Shown in pieces: positions 1-11,514 of a stretch of DNA of 64,000 nt. Each line of letters begins with the position of its first letter. Within the stretch, counting starts at the first letter, position 1. The notes under the pieces are model-generated. The model worked only from the letters and a program-made list of their open reading frames with translations, had not been told where the DNA came from and ran no database searches. This DNA is from Octopus bimaculoides (lineage: Eukaryota): assembly GCF_001194135.2 (NCBI RefSeq), contig NC_068988.1, forward strand, positions 39,654,311-39,718,310. Reading direction: 5' to 3'. The translations under genes were made by a program, and so were the position numbers.

Positions 1-1581
1 TATATATATATATATGTATACGTGCTTTAGTATATATTCGTACCCAGTTGTGCGTGCGAGCATTTGCACCAATGGATACTTACATGAAAATTGTTATTTC
101 TATTAAAGAATAGAAGGCTAAGTGTGTCAGTTTGTATATATATGCATATGATTGGTGCATTTGTCCTCTTACACTCAGTATAAGAGCTGTTTGTGTGCAC
201 GCGTGTCGCGCTTTTTGTGTGCGGTACTGTAATTCTCTCCACTCTTGCGATATTTTCATAGTCAGTTTCATCTGTTTGTGAATGGATAGACGTCTGTTTT
301 TTTCCAACGCTGATATAAGGTAAAATATTCCTCTGCTTTGAATGTTCCAGGAACAAATAAATAAATAAATAAATAAATAAATAGAAAAAAAAAGCGAAAT
401 GGCACTTTAGGCAAAAGAATTTGCTTTAAAGAGCCGTTTAATCGAAATAGTTTCTCGGCAAAATAAACAGTTTCCTCTAAAATTACGGAACACACAAACA
501 GACAAACAGATTTGGAATATTACATTTATAAAGTGGAACTGAACGAAATATTAAAGTGCATATTAATCACATTAACTATACATTAGATTGAACTAATGAT
601 ATACTATCTAAACTACGTTACAATGTATCTAAAATTAGTTCACTACTAATTCAAATTAGCTTCTATTCACATCAAATTTATCTTATTCTCATACGTTTTG
701 TTCAGTTAAAGAAAATTTAAAGTATATCATGCCGTTCTTTTCAATTCTGGATTTAAGCTTTATTTCCAATTATATGGAGTATTTTTTAAACTTACATTTA
801 CATTTAAAACTCTTCTTTTCACTCAAGAGACACATTTTGTTGCACAGTTTAAATGTACACATCAATACACAATTCATGTCTGTTTCTGTGCTTGCCAGCG
901 TACCTGTCTGATTGTCTATTTGTCTACCTGTCTGTATATATGCATATATATCTATATATATATATATATGTATATATACATGCATATATATATGTATATA
1001 TATGTATATCTACCTACGTATTTCACATATACACATATAAAAGCACTCATAGCCAATATGACTATTATTTTTCCTTTTTATAAAGACCAAAATTCCGTCG
1101 CCTTATATCTATTCTACCGTATTCAGTAGATGTGTTGCAGCAATGTTCATTTCTGGATTCCGCCCCTCAACGCTTAATAGTTTCCTCCAATATTTCTAAA
1201 CGCAATTGTTTTGCCATTCCACATTCTGCTAACACGCATGTTCAATATAATTGGGCTAACCACTCTTTATGCCCTTAGATGAAAACATTGTACAAACGAT
1301 ATTGTTTACCCATCTAAATTAATCACGATGAAATCTAAAATTAATTGTAGTGTCGCTGTGATTGCTTGGAAATTAAACCAGGCCATATTTTCTTTCAGGT
1401 TCGATTCCAGAAGAAAAAAAGAATAAACTTACTCACTAAACCCCCATTTGGGATTATAAAATCAAAACCACAACAAGCTGCCTGATATGGTTGATGCTCT
1501 CTAGATCCAAGCCTGCCCAAGTGACACAAAATCATGTGGACAATACTGGGCAGAAATGTTCCAGGTCCCTAAGGAAATCTT

Positions 1582-1715
1582 CGAAATGCTTAGCCTTTCA
1601 TCCTCCTTCCTTTCATCGTTTTGTGGGTGGATGACAATAAATTCCAATTGAGCACTGGGGTCGATGTAATAGACTATCCCCCTCTCTTAAAATTTCACGC
1701 TTTGTGTCTATAGTA
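1582..1715 (+). mobile_element. SINE family A fragment (internally deleted)
   Basis: CGAAATGCTTAGC...CTTTCATC...CTGGGGTCGATGTAATAGACT...AAAATTTC matches the better copies at 21702 and 37742. Confidence 0.6.
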
Positions 1716-1760
1716 TACAGGTTTCATAGATCGTCAGTTGTTCAAGTTATATTGGTTTCA

Positions 1761-1945
1761 AATTGTGGCCCAAGACCAGCATTTCGCGGGAGGGGACTGG
1801 TCGATTACATTGATCCCAGGGATCAACTGGTACTTATTTTATCGACTCCGAAATAATGAAAAGCAAAATCGACCTCGGCGGTCTTTGAAATCCGAACGTT
1901 GAGACCGTCGAAATGCCGCTAAGCACTTTGCCCAGTTCTCTACCT
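1761..1945 (-). mobile_element. SINE family A (tRNA-derived)
   Basis: Reverse complement of the family A body: CTGGTACTTATTTTATCGAC, AAAGCAAAATCGACCTCGGCGG, CCGCTAAGCA. Confidence 0.85.
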
Positions 1946-2499
1946 TAGGTGTTCGAGTTACATTACTTCCAGAAACTGTTGGTATTGTTGTTGTTGCAGT
2001 TATTGCTGTTGTTGTTGCTTTTGCAACTGCACCATGCAAGCCAACAAGTCTTCCATGCTAATGATTTTTTTCTTTGGTTTCGTACCAAAAAAAAAAAAAG
2101 AGAGAAATAAAATTTCAACGTCGGACGCAAGCTTCCAATAAATATCTCGTCGCCACTTTTATATTCTTGACACACGTTGGATATATAAATTAACCATGCG
2201 GAAGTTAGACAATGTGTTCACATGATGTACTGCGCGTGACTACCAAAATGCTCTCTGTTTTATTTGTTATGAACACATTGGCTCTACAAAAGAAGGGACG
2301 ATACAAGGACAGACAACACAACATAGCGGGGTACATAAAACAAATAACGAATGGAATCATGAATATAATGATATAATGAAAAATGAAATGTCTTACATGC
2401 CCCCCCCCCCACGCAGGGAGTGTCATTTAACAGTTTATGTATCACATTAACTTACAGTTCATTATTCTTTTTGGTTTTGCATAACTTTTTTCAAAGTCC

Positions 2500-4036
2500 T
2501 CATTTTAAAATTGGCAACTCATCGAATCGAAACTGTAACTGTGATATCTCTATCATTTCCCCGAATAGTTCCTACAACTTTTCACCTTTCTCTTTTACAA
2601 GCAAGACTGCTTTAAATCTTTCAATGTACTCAGTGGGCGCTAACTTCACCCTAATTACATATTTCATTTTGGTGATCTTTTTACTATCTCCACATTTTTT
2701 TCTGTACTGTATCACAGTTCTTATATAGTGGAGGTGCAATGGCCCAGTGTTTAGGGCAGCGGACTCGCGGTTATAGGATCGCGGTTTCGATTACCAGACA
2801 GCGCGTTGTGAGTGTTTATTGAGCGAAAACACCTAAAGCTCCACGAGGCTCCAGCAGGGGATGGTGGCGAACCCTGCTGTACTCTTCCACCGCAACTTTC
2901 TCTTACTTCCTGTTTCTGTTGTGCTTATGATTCAAAGGGTCAGCCTTGTCACACTGTCACGCTGAATATCCCCCGAGAAGTACGTTAAAGGTACACGTGT
3001 CTGTGGAGTGCTCAGCCACTTGCACGTTAATTTCACGAGCAGGCTGTTTCGTTGATCGGATGAACTGGAATCCTCGACGTCGTAAGCGACGGAGTGCCAA
3101 CAACAACATAGTTCTTAATTGTTTGCTCTTCAGTGTTTCCTTCTGATTTCCATCACTAATCTCTCCTGCTGTTTCCATCTCTTTCTTCTCTCTTTGTCTC
3201 TCACTCGATGTTGTCATGTCATGTTGTCATTTCTCTTTTATCTTCCTCTCATTGCTGTTCCCTCTCAATCACCACTTCTTCGTGTTTCTGGGGACACTTA
3301 GTCTTATGTGTCCCCGTAATCCACACTGAAAACCTATGGGAGGTTTTTCCCCCACTACCATTCTTAGCTTCGTAACGTCGGGTAATACTAGCTCTTCTGC
3401 AATTTTGTGGAGGTCTGGTAAACTGATTTGGACCGTCACCTCAAGGCTGTATCCCCATCAGTTTACCTCTGTTGTTCTTGTTATTTTGAGTATTTACGTC
3501 TCCTCTTCTGTGTTGTAGACTATGGCTGCCACCAGCGACGCCTCGTCAATTTCCGGGGGCACTTTACCAATCTTAACTCTGGCCGCATGTTTGCCACAGT
3601 AAGTTGGTAGTATTATCCACTCAGTCGATGTCAAAGGTACAGTGAACTGTGCCTTTGAGATCAACTGAGTGGGTACCTCCGCTGTGCCATATTTCTTGCC
3701 TCTGGTGTAAAACGTAGTGAGGTTTTTAATTCCTTTTAAACATTCTTCCACAGCCTTTGCTGCCGCTATTTCAATTCTTTTGGTAGCGATAGACAGCGTT
3801 CTGTATATCACTGTCCTTTTCTCTGTCTTTTCTATAACTTCCTGGGCGGCGTGAGCCTCAGGCTGTCTCCTTCCTTTCTTTATTAGTTCATTGAACTCCT
3901 TTAAATTTGTCTCATCCAGTTGAATCTCTTTTACTTGCAAGATATCCGCCGTAAAACGTTTCCCAGTTACTGCAGCGTAACTGCTGGCTGGGACTATTTG
4001 ACTCTGCATTACTTCGTTAGTAACGACTTCACCCAT
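2500..4036 (-). pseudogene. Disrupted L1/Tx1-type ORF1 (RRM-like region plus degenerate CCHC zinc knuckle)
   Basis: ATG at 4036; KRTVIYRT...FYTRGKKYGT...LPTYCGK aligns with the ORF at 15340. After stops and frameshifts it reads (G)FQCGLRGHIRxKCP at about 3290-3340. The frame continues across the SINE TSD (KQLRT|VIQYRKK) to TGA at 2500-2502. Confidence 0.8.
2724..3109 (+). mobile_element. SINE family C (tRNA-derived, CAA tail), full length
   Basis: A-box-like TGGCCCAGTG, B-box-like GGTTTCGATTACC, (CAA)n tail, 8-bp TSD AGTTCTTA at 2716-2723 and 3110-3117. Confidence 0.9.
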
Positions 4037-4074
4037 AAATGGGGAAGGAAACAAAAATTAACAGGTAACGAACA

Positions 4075-4122
4075 ACAATTCAACAATTTCTACAATTCAA
4101 CAATTTCTACAATTCAACAATT
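4075..4122. repeat. 17-bp tandem repeat (ACAATTCAACAATTTCT x2.8) in the element 5'UTR
   Basis: Read directly from the sequence. Confidence 0.9.
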
Positions 4123-4332
4123 AGATACAGTAGACCTTTAACAATTAAACAGCAAGCGACTTACATGGAGCGACTAACAGCAAATTACAGCAGGGAATCA
4201 AACGACTCGATAACTCTCTACCAAAATGCTAGTCCATTCTTCCAATCCCCAGGGGTGTTAACGACTCTCGCCACAACAATATTATCAGACACACGCACTT
4301 ACACGTTTACGCGCGCGCGCAAACAACAAAAT

Positions 4333-4368
<36 letters not shown>

Positions 4369-4394
4369 CAATATATCATTATTCCATATTTATA

Positions 4395-4789
4395 AGGCGG
4401 CGAGCAGGCAGAGACGTTAGCACGCCTGGTGAGATGCTTAGCGGTATTTCGTCTGCCGTTACGTTCTGAGTTCAAATTCCGCCGAGGTCGACTCTGCCTT
4501 TCATCCTTTCGGGGCAATAAATTAAGTACCAGTTACGCACTGGTGTTGATGTAATCAACTTAATCCCTTTGTCTGTCCTTGTTTGTCCTCTCTATGTTTA
4601 ACCCCTTGTGGGCAATAAAGAAATAAAAAACCTTTAGCTCGCCACGCGAAATGCTAAGCGGTGTTNNNNNNNNNNTTTGCCATTCATCCTTTCAGGGTCG
4701 ATAAATTAAGTACCAGTTGCGTACTGGCGTCATCTAATCGTCTGGCCCCCTCCCAAAAAATTTCGGGCCTTGTGCCTAGAGTAGAAAAG
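4395..4789 (+). mobile_element. Dimeric SINE family A; monomer 1 carries a LINE-like tail
   Basis: Monomer 1 (4395-4626) ends TTGTCTGTCCTTGT...GGGCAATAAAGAAATAA. Monomer 2 (4627-4789, with a 10-N gap) ends GTAGAAAAG. One 17-bp TSD pair (15/17) at 4378-4394 and 4790-4806. Confidence 0.85.
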
Positions 4790-5280
4790 ATTATACCATA
4801 TTTGTATTTCGTTATAATTATCTTCTTGCTTCAGAAAATTATCTCATTGCTTAAGACATTCTGTTAAGATAAATGTAGTGAAATTTAAAAACAAAAACTT
4901 AGCCATCGGGAAAAACCGAAAAAAAATACAAAACCAAAAGCAAAAAGTTTACAAAATCAGTTGGGGGAAAATTGTGAAATGGTTACAAACTATTTGAACT
5001 AAATTTAAACATGGATCCTAGAAATAGGTGAGGAGAAATGTTTCTTTTAGATTAAAGTTTGAGATAATGATTGTATAAAAGAGGGTGAACAGTAGGAAAG
5101 CAGACTGAAAAAGCAAACTGAGAGAAGCAGACGAGATTTGAATTGGGTCTGGAGACGAGTTATATGTAACGGATTCGGCAGAATGGAAATTACGATAAGC
5201 ATATACATACATAAAAGTCGCACTTTCTAGCATACACACATATATTTATGGATGGATCTCTGTGTTTGAGTGAGTTTGAG

Positions 5281-5414
5281 CGTGTGTATGTGTGTGTGTG
5301 TGTATGTGTGTGTGTGAGAGAGAGAGCGAGTATGCGTGTGTGTGTGTGTGTGTGCGTGAGTGTGTGCGTTTGTGGATAAAAAGTGAGAGTGGGAGAAAGA
5401 GAGAGAACGAGAGA

Positions 5415-5501
<87 letters not shown>
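5281..5501. repeat. Compound (GT)n/(GA)n microsatellite
   Basis: Read directly from the sequence. Confidence 0.97.
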
Positions 5502-5505
<4 letters not shown>

Positions 5506-6909
5506 GATTGGAAGACAAACAACTGACTGAATATTATCTGCAATAATAATAAATCAGGAAATATAAGAAATATTTCAAGAGAATATAGTTGAGTGGTTTA
5601 ATAATGTTTATTTAATCTAAGTTTATCATTTCACTCTATTTTTCAATGCCGAGGCCGACCACCTTGTGTGTTAATCCACAGCACAGACTACATAATCTGA
5701 CACCATAATTTCATTTCCAAGGAAATGAAGCTCATAGCTGGGAAGTAGGATGTTTACCAAATAAGGAATATAACTAAGGACAATAGGCGGATGTTGGTTA
5801 TTCAGAGTTTAAAATTTTCATTTCACAGCCTTGTCTTTCAGGGTTCGATCTCACTGTGTAGAAATCTTTCATATATCCACACATGTAATATATATGGTAC
5901 GTGTGTGTATGAGCTTCCGTTCTTTAACACACACACACACACACACATATATATGTATGTGTGTATGCATGTATACACACACATGTATATATATCTATAT
6001 AAATATGAGTGTTACGGAATAGAGTAGATAACATCGGGGCTACGAATGATTGAAACTTCTATGCAGTAGCATGTACCTCTTTGCGGCAATGTAAACTTAC
6101 ATTTAATCACGATATCATCGGCTTAAAGAATAACCTGTAAATGAATGAGAGGACGAAATTCAGAAGAGAAAAGTGCGAAGGAAGAGTATCTGAGATAAAG
6201 TAAATTCTGGTGAATGTCCATATATGTTGTTCTCGTCAGTTGAAAGTAATGTGTCCCATTTGCATAACACAAGCTTTTACAAGTAGCAGTATTGCCTGAC
6301 CACTACTGATCTGGTGTTTAAATAGAGCTGATTGAGATTTTTAAGGATTTTTCTTTTTCTTTGATGCGCATAGGTAAGGCCATTTACTTCCAATCTGGAA
6401 GACTTTTGATCTTTCCATGATTTATCATTCACAAAGGAACCTTTCACAGTTTTCCGAATGTTATTAGCCAATTCAAAAACAATTCTTTACGGGGAATGGA
6501 TTTATGCCATCTTGACACTAGTTAAGGGAAAAACTGATAAGCGGTCATTTGCAAAGTTGTCATTGAATGAGAAAATGAACCATTTCTAATAATTTGTTTT
6601 ACATTATTTGCAAAAAGAAAGTCAGCATCCACAGACTTCGTCATTGCCTTCAAGTCTGGTGAAAGGTAGTTATCTTCAGACACAGCTCTAGACTAAATTG
6701 CCTGCAAAAAAGTAGACTCTCTTAAAGTCAAACAAAGGTAGGTGACGATGTTAAACTGGATAACAGATTACGTTTATAAAATAATAAGAACATTCTTTGA
6801 TGAGATTTTACAAAGTTTCAGTCAATCAAATTCCACTCAAAAGTTTGACCTTAAGCTTTGCTAGAAAACAGTTGCAAAGTGAACAGCTAGTGCTACATCA
6901 TTATAAAAA

Positions 6910-8395
6910 TTAAGGTAGTTGCTCCTTTGGAATGCGACATTCTAAACTTAAAATAGAAAATCAAATACAGCGATGCTTGCGTATCTAGTATAGATAAGAT
7001 GTATGTATAAAAAAGAGTGAACTAATCCAAAAGCTCTATTTAGGAAAAAACAACATAAAAACTTTATAGATTTGATAAGACACTAAACAAACAACTTTTA
7101 AGCAATAAGATCAGCGAGAACTATATAAAAACAGACGCCAATGCGTAATAATATAAATAAAGAACGAAGCACATAGCCATAAAGATAAATCTTGACAAGA
7201 GACAGGAGATATTTGGTAAATGTCAAGTATTTATAACCATTAATGTCCATAGAAAAATTCTGCCTCTAATCCTCGTAGCTAAATCCCACGTAACACTAAT
7301 TAGCAAGAAGATTATAAATATCATTAGCAAAAATATTAGAAATACGAAACACCTATCTCTTTTCAATAATGACGCTGATGTCATTAGCTGACTCAAGAGT
7401 ATCAATAAGAATGTATAACGTTACTCAATATGAAATCGATTTTTACACCACGCTCTGCAAAACTCTACACAACAACGCAATAGATTTTGCTAAATAACTA
7501 CAACGTAATAGATGATAAGTATATTGATGTAATAATGGATGCTGGGAAGATCCTACTACTCGGTAATGTTTCCTTCAGTGTCAAAAATGTAAGAACCGGC
7601 GGGGTTTTTCGACATAAGTATGAGGTCATATGACAGCGCAGATGCGTATGACCTAGTAGAATTATATATATTTGATACGTATCTGTTATGAAATTTACTC
7701 GCACGGACTTTAATCTGCTCAGGCTCGACGGGTTAGCTATAACAAAATGTATTAATGGTTACATATTAGACAAATTAAGAAAAAATGTCAACAATTTTAG
7801 TGCTTTGGCCATTAAAATAGCGATAGACCGTAACCTCCTGTTACACTCGTTGTAATAAAAACGAAAACTTATACTAGTCACACTTAACTATCACGACGTA
7901 TGTCAAACCTCTAAATTTGTTTGTTGGCCTTATTAATACAAGGATTTCCAGTATTTCCTCGAATAAGGAAACATTTTTAAGGCCACCCGCACAACAAAAA
8001 GACTTCCATGGCTAGCGGATTTAATACAAATATTACTACGCACTCAACTCTTCCATATACAAATTAAAAAAAGGCACCGATATATCATATATTTTCTCTC
8101 CCTGCATACATTAAGAGATTTTCAAACTCTACCCTTATGTAGAAAAAAATGACATCTCACTCATCTATCAATTGCGAAAGCAAAAGCGCATATGGGGAAT
8201 CTAAGACATGCCTGCTAACTGAATTGTGCAACGTGGGATTAAGAATTTATGAGGCATTGTCAATTCTGCAGAACTAAACTCAATAGAAACACACAAATAA
8301 GCGTTACAGAAGGAAATTTTAAACAAGCATTGAACCATTATATATTAAATATCTCACTACCTTAGAATGAGACTGAAATATATAGGTTAGTCCCG
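6910..8395 (+). mobile_element. Decayed Penelope-like element 1 (RT plus GIY-YIG remnant)
   Basis: Manual translation: FDISMRSYDSADAYDLVELYI (7608-7670, cf. FDVTMGSYDGAEVCELVGLYI), LRLDGLA at the RT YxDD site (about 7720), LISKKIINII..., and TEGNFKQALNH (about 8305-8340); many stops and frameshifts. Confidence 0.8.
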
Positions 8396-9294
8396 GTTGA
8401 ACATCTTTCATAAAGCAGCCACTCGACCAGAGTTACTCTGAACTAAATACAAACAACAACAAAAGTCTTCAAGGTAGACTTTACATTTTCCTTAGTACGA
8501 CTTAATCTTTGTTCATCTCTATGTCATTCTTCATCGAGAAGGTCAATGATCTATGAGCGAAAACGTTCCAATCGTGAATATCTTGTCTTTTTTCTTCGCT
8601 CAGTAAACCCACAATTTTATTTCCAAGTCCTGTTCTAAGACGGTAGTGTGTGGATTGAAAGAGATTGATTTCACTGGCTATTTCTAGTAGATCGATCGAC
8701 TAAGCAGAAGGTCCTTCTTTGACTCAGCTTTTATGGAATGGTTATCTAATTAGTTATGTCGACTTAACAGATTAGATGTGGCACATATGAAATCAATGCT
8801 TCAGTTTGCTGGAATACCATACTACACAAACTAATAATCACAGTGTGTAAGAATTTTAGTCAACTCAACCGACCACAATATTTGTGTAGAGCTTATTTTG
8901 TTAAGTAAACTGAAAAATAACTGGGAATTTTCTTACAGATCTGTTTCCGGCATGACTAGCGCTTCAAACAGAAAAAATACATTGTTTCTCTTTGGCTAAC
9001 CAGAGAACCATTAATCTAAATTGCTATTTATAACAGCAGCATATCAGTATATAACATGAATAAACTTCCCGTTGTGCATCTATTATGTTAGGCGTAATTA
9101 CTTTAAAATATGTTCCAGTCTTAAAAGATATTTTCATTGTCGAAACACTGTTACAAACTGTATCTCACAGAACTGGATTCTAATATTCATTTCTTTTACT
9201 TATAAACATATGATATTTTGCTTAAAACACACAAAATGAAACGAAGTGGCAGTTGTTAAGGAAGTTTTAATATACATGAATAACTGAATAACAC

Positions 9295-9296
<2 letters not shown>

Positions 9297-9336
<40 letters not shown>

Positions 9337-9370
9337 TTGTGTGTGTGTGTGTGTGTGTGTGTTTGTGTGC
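9297..9370. repeat. (CA)n-spacer-(GT)n fold-back microsatellite
   Basis: (CA)n 9298-9331, 7-nt spacer, (GT)n 9339-9370. Confidence 0.95.
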
Positions 9371-9380
9371 ATATACTATT

Positions 9381-9530
9381 TCTCGTTACTTCAGTCCACT
9401 CAGCTGGCAAAAATGAGTAATACTGCGATGGACTGGTGTCTCGTCCAGGGGTAGAAGAAATACATATAGATAAAAGAATTAGAGAAAGTGGCATTATGTG
9501 TCTATAGCCCGGGAGGACCTTTGATCGATT
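9381..9530 (+). mobile_element. SINE family D 3' fragment
   Basis: CAGTCCACTCAGCTGGCAAAAATGAGTAATACTGCGATGGACTGGTGTCTCGTCCAGGGG matches the minus-strand copy at 49750-49997. Confidence 0.65.
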
Positions 9531-10372
9531 TTTAAGGGAACAAACTTTCATTTTCATGTACTCCATAGTTTGTTAACTAATGGCTTATCATTATGTAATT
9601 GCTAAATATACGTTACAAGGTGATCTGTTACAGCTCTTTATTGATGGATATGAAAAGTGGTTAAAATTCCGGTAATTTGTCTAAAGGAAAGTTTAATGAG
9701 TTTTATTATAGAGAAGCCTGATGTATTGAACTGTGCTCTCCTTCCCGAGAACGTGAGTGTTACTGCTTAGGTTGTGGAGCAAATTGGTCCACGAAGCATA
9801 CACAACTATATACATGTATACATGCAAGTCATTACTACAATCCAACATATAACATCACTTTTTCTCTCTTCCACAGATGAAGATTAAGTGATCTGAGACT
9901 ATAGAATCTACCCCACTGACGGCTTTTGAACTTCTTAAAAGTCACTCATGAACTATTCTACTGAAATATAAACAGTATGATTAAAGTTACAAATATGGTT
10001 CCTTTTGTATGGAAGATGAATTTAATACAGACAAAAAAATCACAGCTTCGCTGCCGTTGTTATGTCTGCAAGATGTCTTAGTGTTATGACTCGAAAATTG
10101 ATTTAAAGAAAGATTTATAATATAATTTTGTATTGAGCAATTTATTTATATCTCCATGTCATGTTGCTTATTCACCTCGTTAACTGAAACATCTTCGTTA
10201 GTTGCTGATGTATTCTTACATATGTCTAGCCTTGCCAAAGTTTTGTGAGATATTAGTAGGTACCAATCCCAACTACTCACGTTTTATAACAGAAATTATT
10301 TTAGAACAAGAATAAAAATTACAAATACTATCTGGTATAAAACATATCCATTGTCCGATGAATATTCCTGAT

Positions 10373-10558
10373 GTGAGCTGACAGAATCGTTAGCACGCCG
10401 GGCAAGATGCTTAGAGGCATTTCGTCCGTCTTCACGTTCTGAGTTTAAATTCTGCCTTTATTCGACTTTACCTTTGATCCTTTCGGGGAAGCACTGGAGT
10501 AAATGTAATCGCGCTACACATCCCTCGAAACTGCTGGCCTTGTGCAAAAATTTGAAAC

Positions 10559-10559
<1 letters not shown>
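10373..10559 (+). mobile_element. SINE family A
   Basis: GAGCTGACAGAATCGTTAGCACGCCGGGC head, GTTCTGAGTTTAAATTC B-box region, GGCCTTGTGC tail. Confidence 0.85.
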
Positions 10560-10601
<42 letters not shown>

Positions 10602-11360
10602 TCAATATGGATATATCAAAAGCAATCCGACATACTGTAGTACACATCTTGAGAAACCATCTCGTATAGATGAATAGTACCAAAGCTCAGAAGTGTCAGT
10701 GTCAGACGAAAAATGTCCAAATATCCTGAATCAGTGAAAGAACTGATGGATCAGGTGATTTCTGGGTATTTAGGCGTCATCGGTAGCAAGTATCCATTAC
10801 CATTGCATGCTTAGATGAGTATTCCCTCTAGAAAGCACTTGATCTACAATCTATACCGTCGTTGCTAAACATTTTTCGTCTGTTATTGATAAATTCGGTG
10901 CTTTTTTTAGCCCGAAATGTTTAAACGAAATGCCTTCTCAGGACGAATACAATAGTATTGCGGCTTTCTTCTATGGTTAACATGTTAAGATATAAAGTTT
11001 GCATTTTGGTACTAACACTACTTCAATCGTTAATAACAAATTGCTACCTAGCACACCAGCTATTTTTGATACCAGTGGCTGATTAGTCACTGTTTTGTTA
11101 TATGTCAGTAGAGGTGAATTTTTTCCAAACATATGGTGATAGTGGATTCCTGCTACTGACGAAGCGCATATATAAAAAATTACGTGAACTACCTGTTCTA
11201 CTACTGCTGTTGAACAATTTTTGCCCTCGCATTTCAAGTTTCACTAAGACGCTTATTCTATGTCATGTCGGCTCTACTCTCAATATTGAGTCCCCCCACC
11301 ATCAATAAATGCCCAGTTGCTATTCTTAATAGAGCTTGGAAAACAAAGACTTGCACGTAT

Positions 11361-11381
11361 ATCTATCTATCTATCTATCTA

Positions 11382-11420
<39 letters not shown>

Positions 11421-11514
11421 GCCTGCCTGCCTCATTGTCTGTCTGTATCTCTGTCTGCCTGTCTGTCTGCCTGCCTGTCTGTCTGTCTGTATGTCTGTCT
11501 ATCTATCTATCTAT
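11361..11514. repeat. Compound (TATC)n/(TGTC)n microsatellite
   Basis: Read directly from the sequence. Confidence 0.95.

Larger units (their letters stand above)
2252..4314 (-). mobile_element. ORF1-only L1/Tx1-derived non-LTR element (HAL1-like), interrupted by a SINE
   Basis: About 280 nt 5'UTR, then a gag-like ORF1, then about 250 nt 3'UTR ending in AATAAA (2259-2264). Tail resembles the LINE 3' end at 12920-12970. Possible degenerate 20-bp TSD at 2232-2251 and 4315-4334 (15/20 identical). No ORF2 motif seen. Confidence 0.72.

Noticed and set aside
3290-3315. GGGGACAC...GTGTCCCC 8-bp inverted repeat
   Set aside because: It coincides with the GH and CP codons of the zinc knuckle and is most likely incidental.
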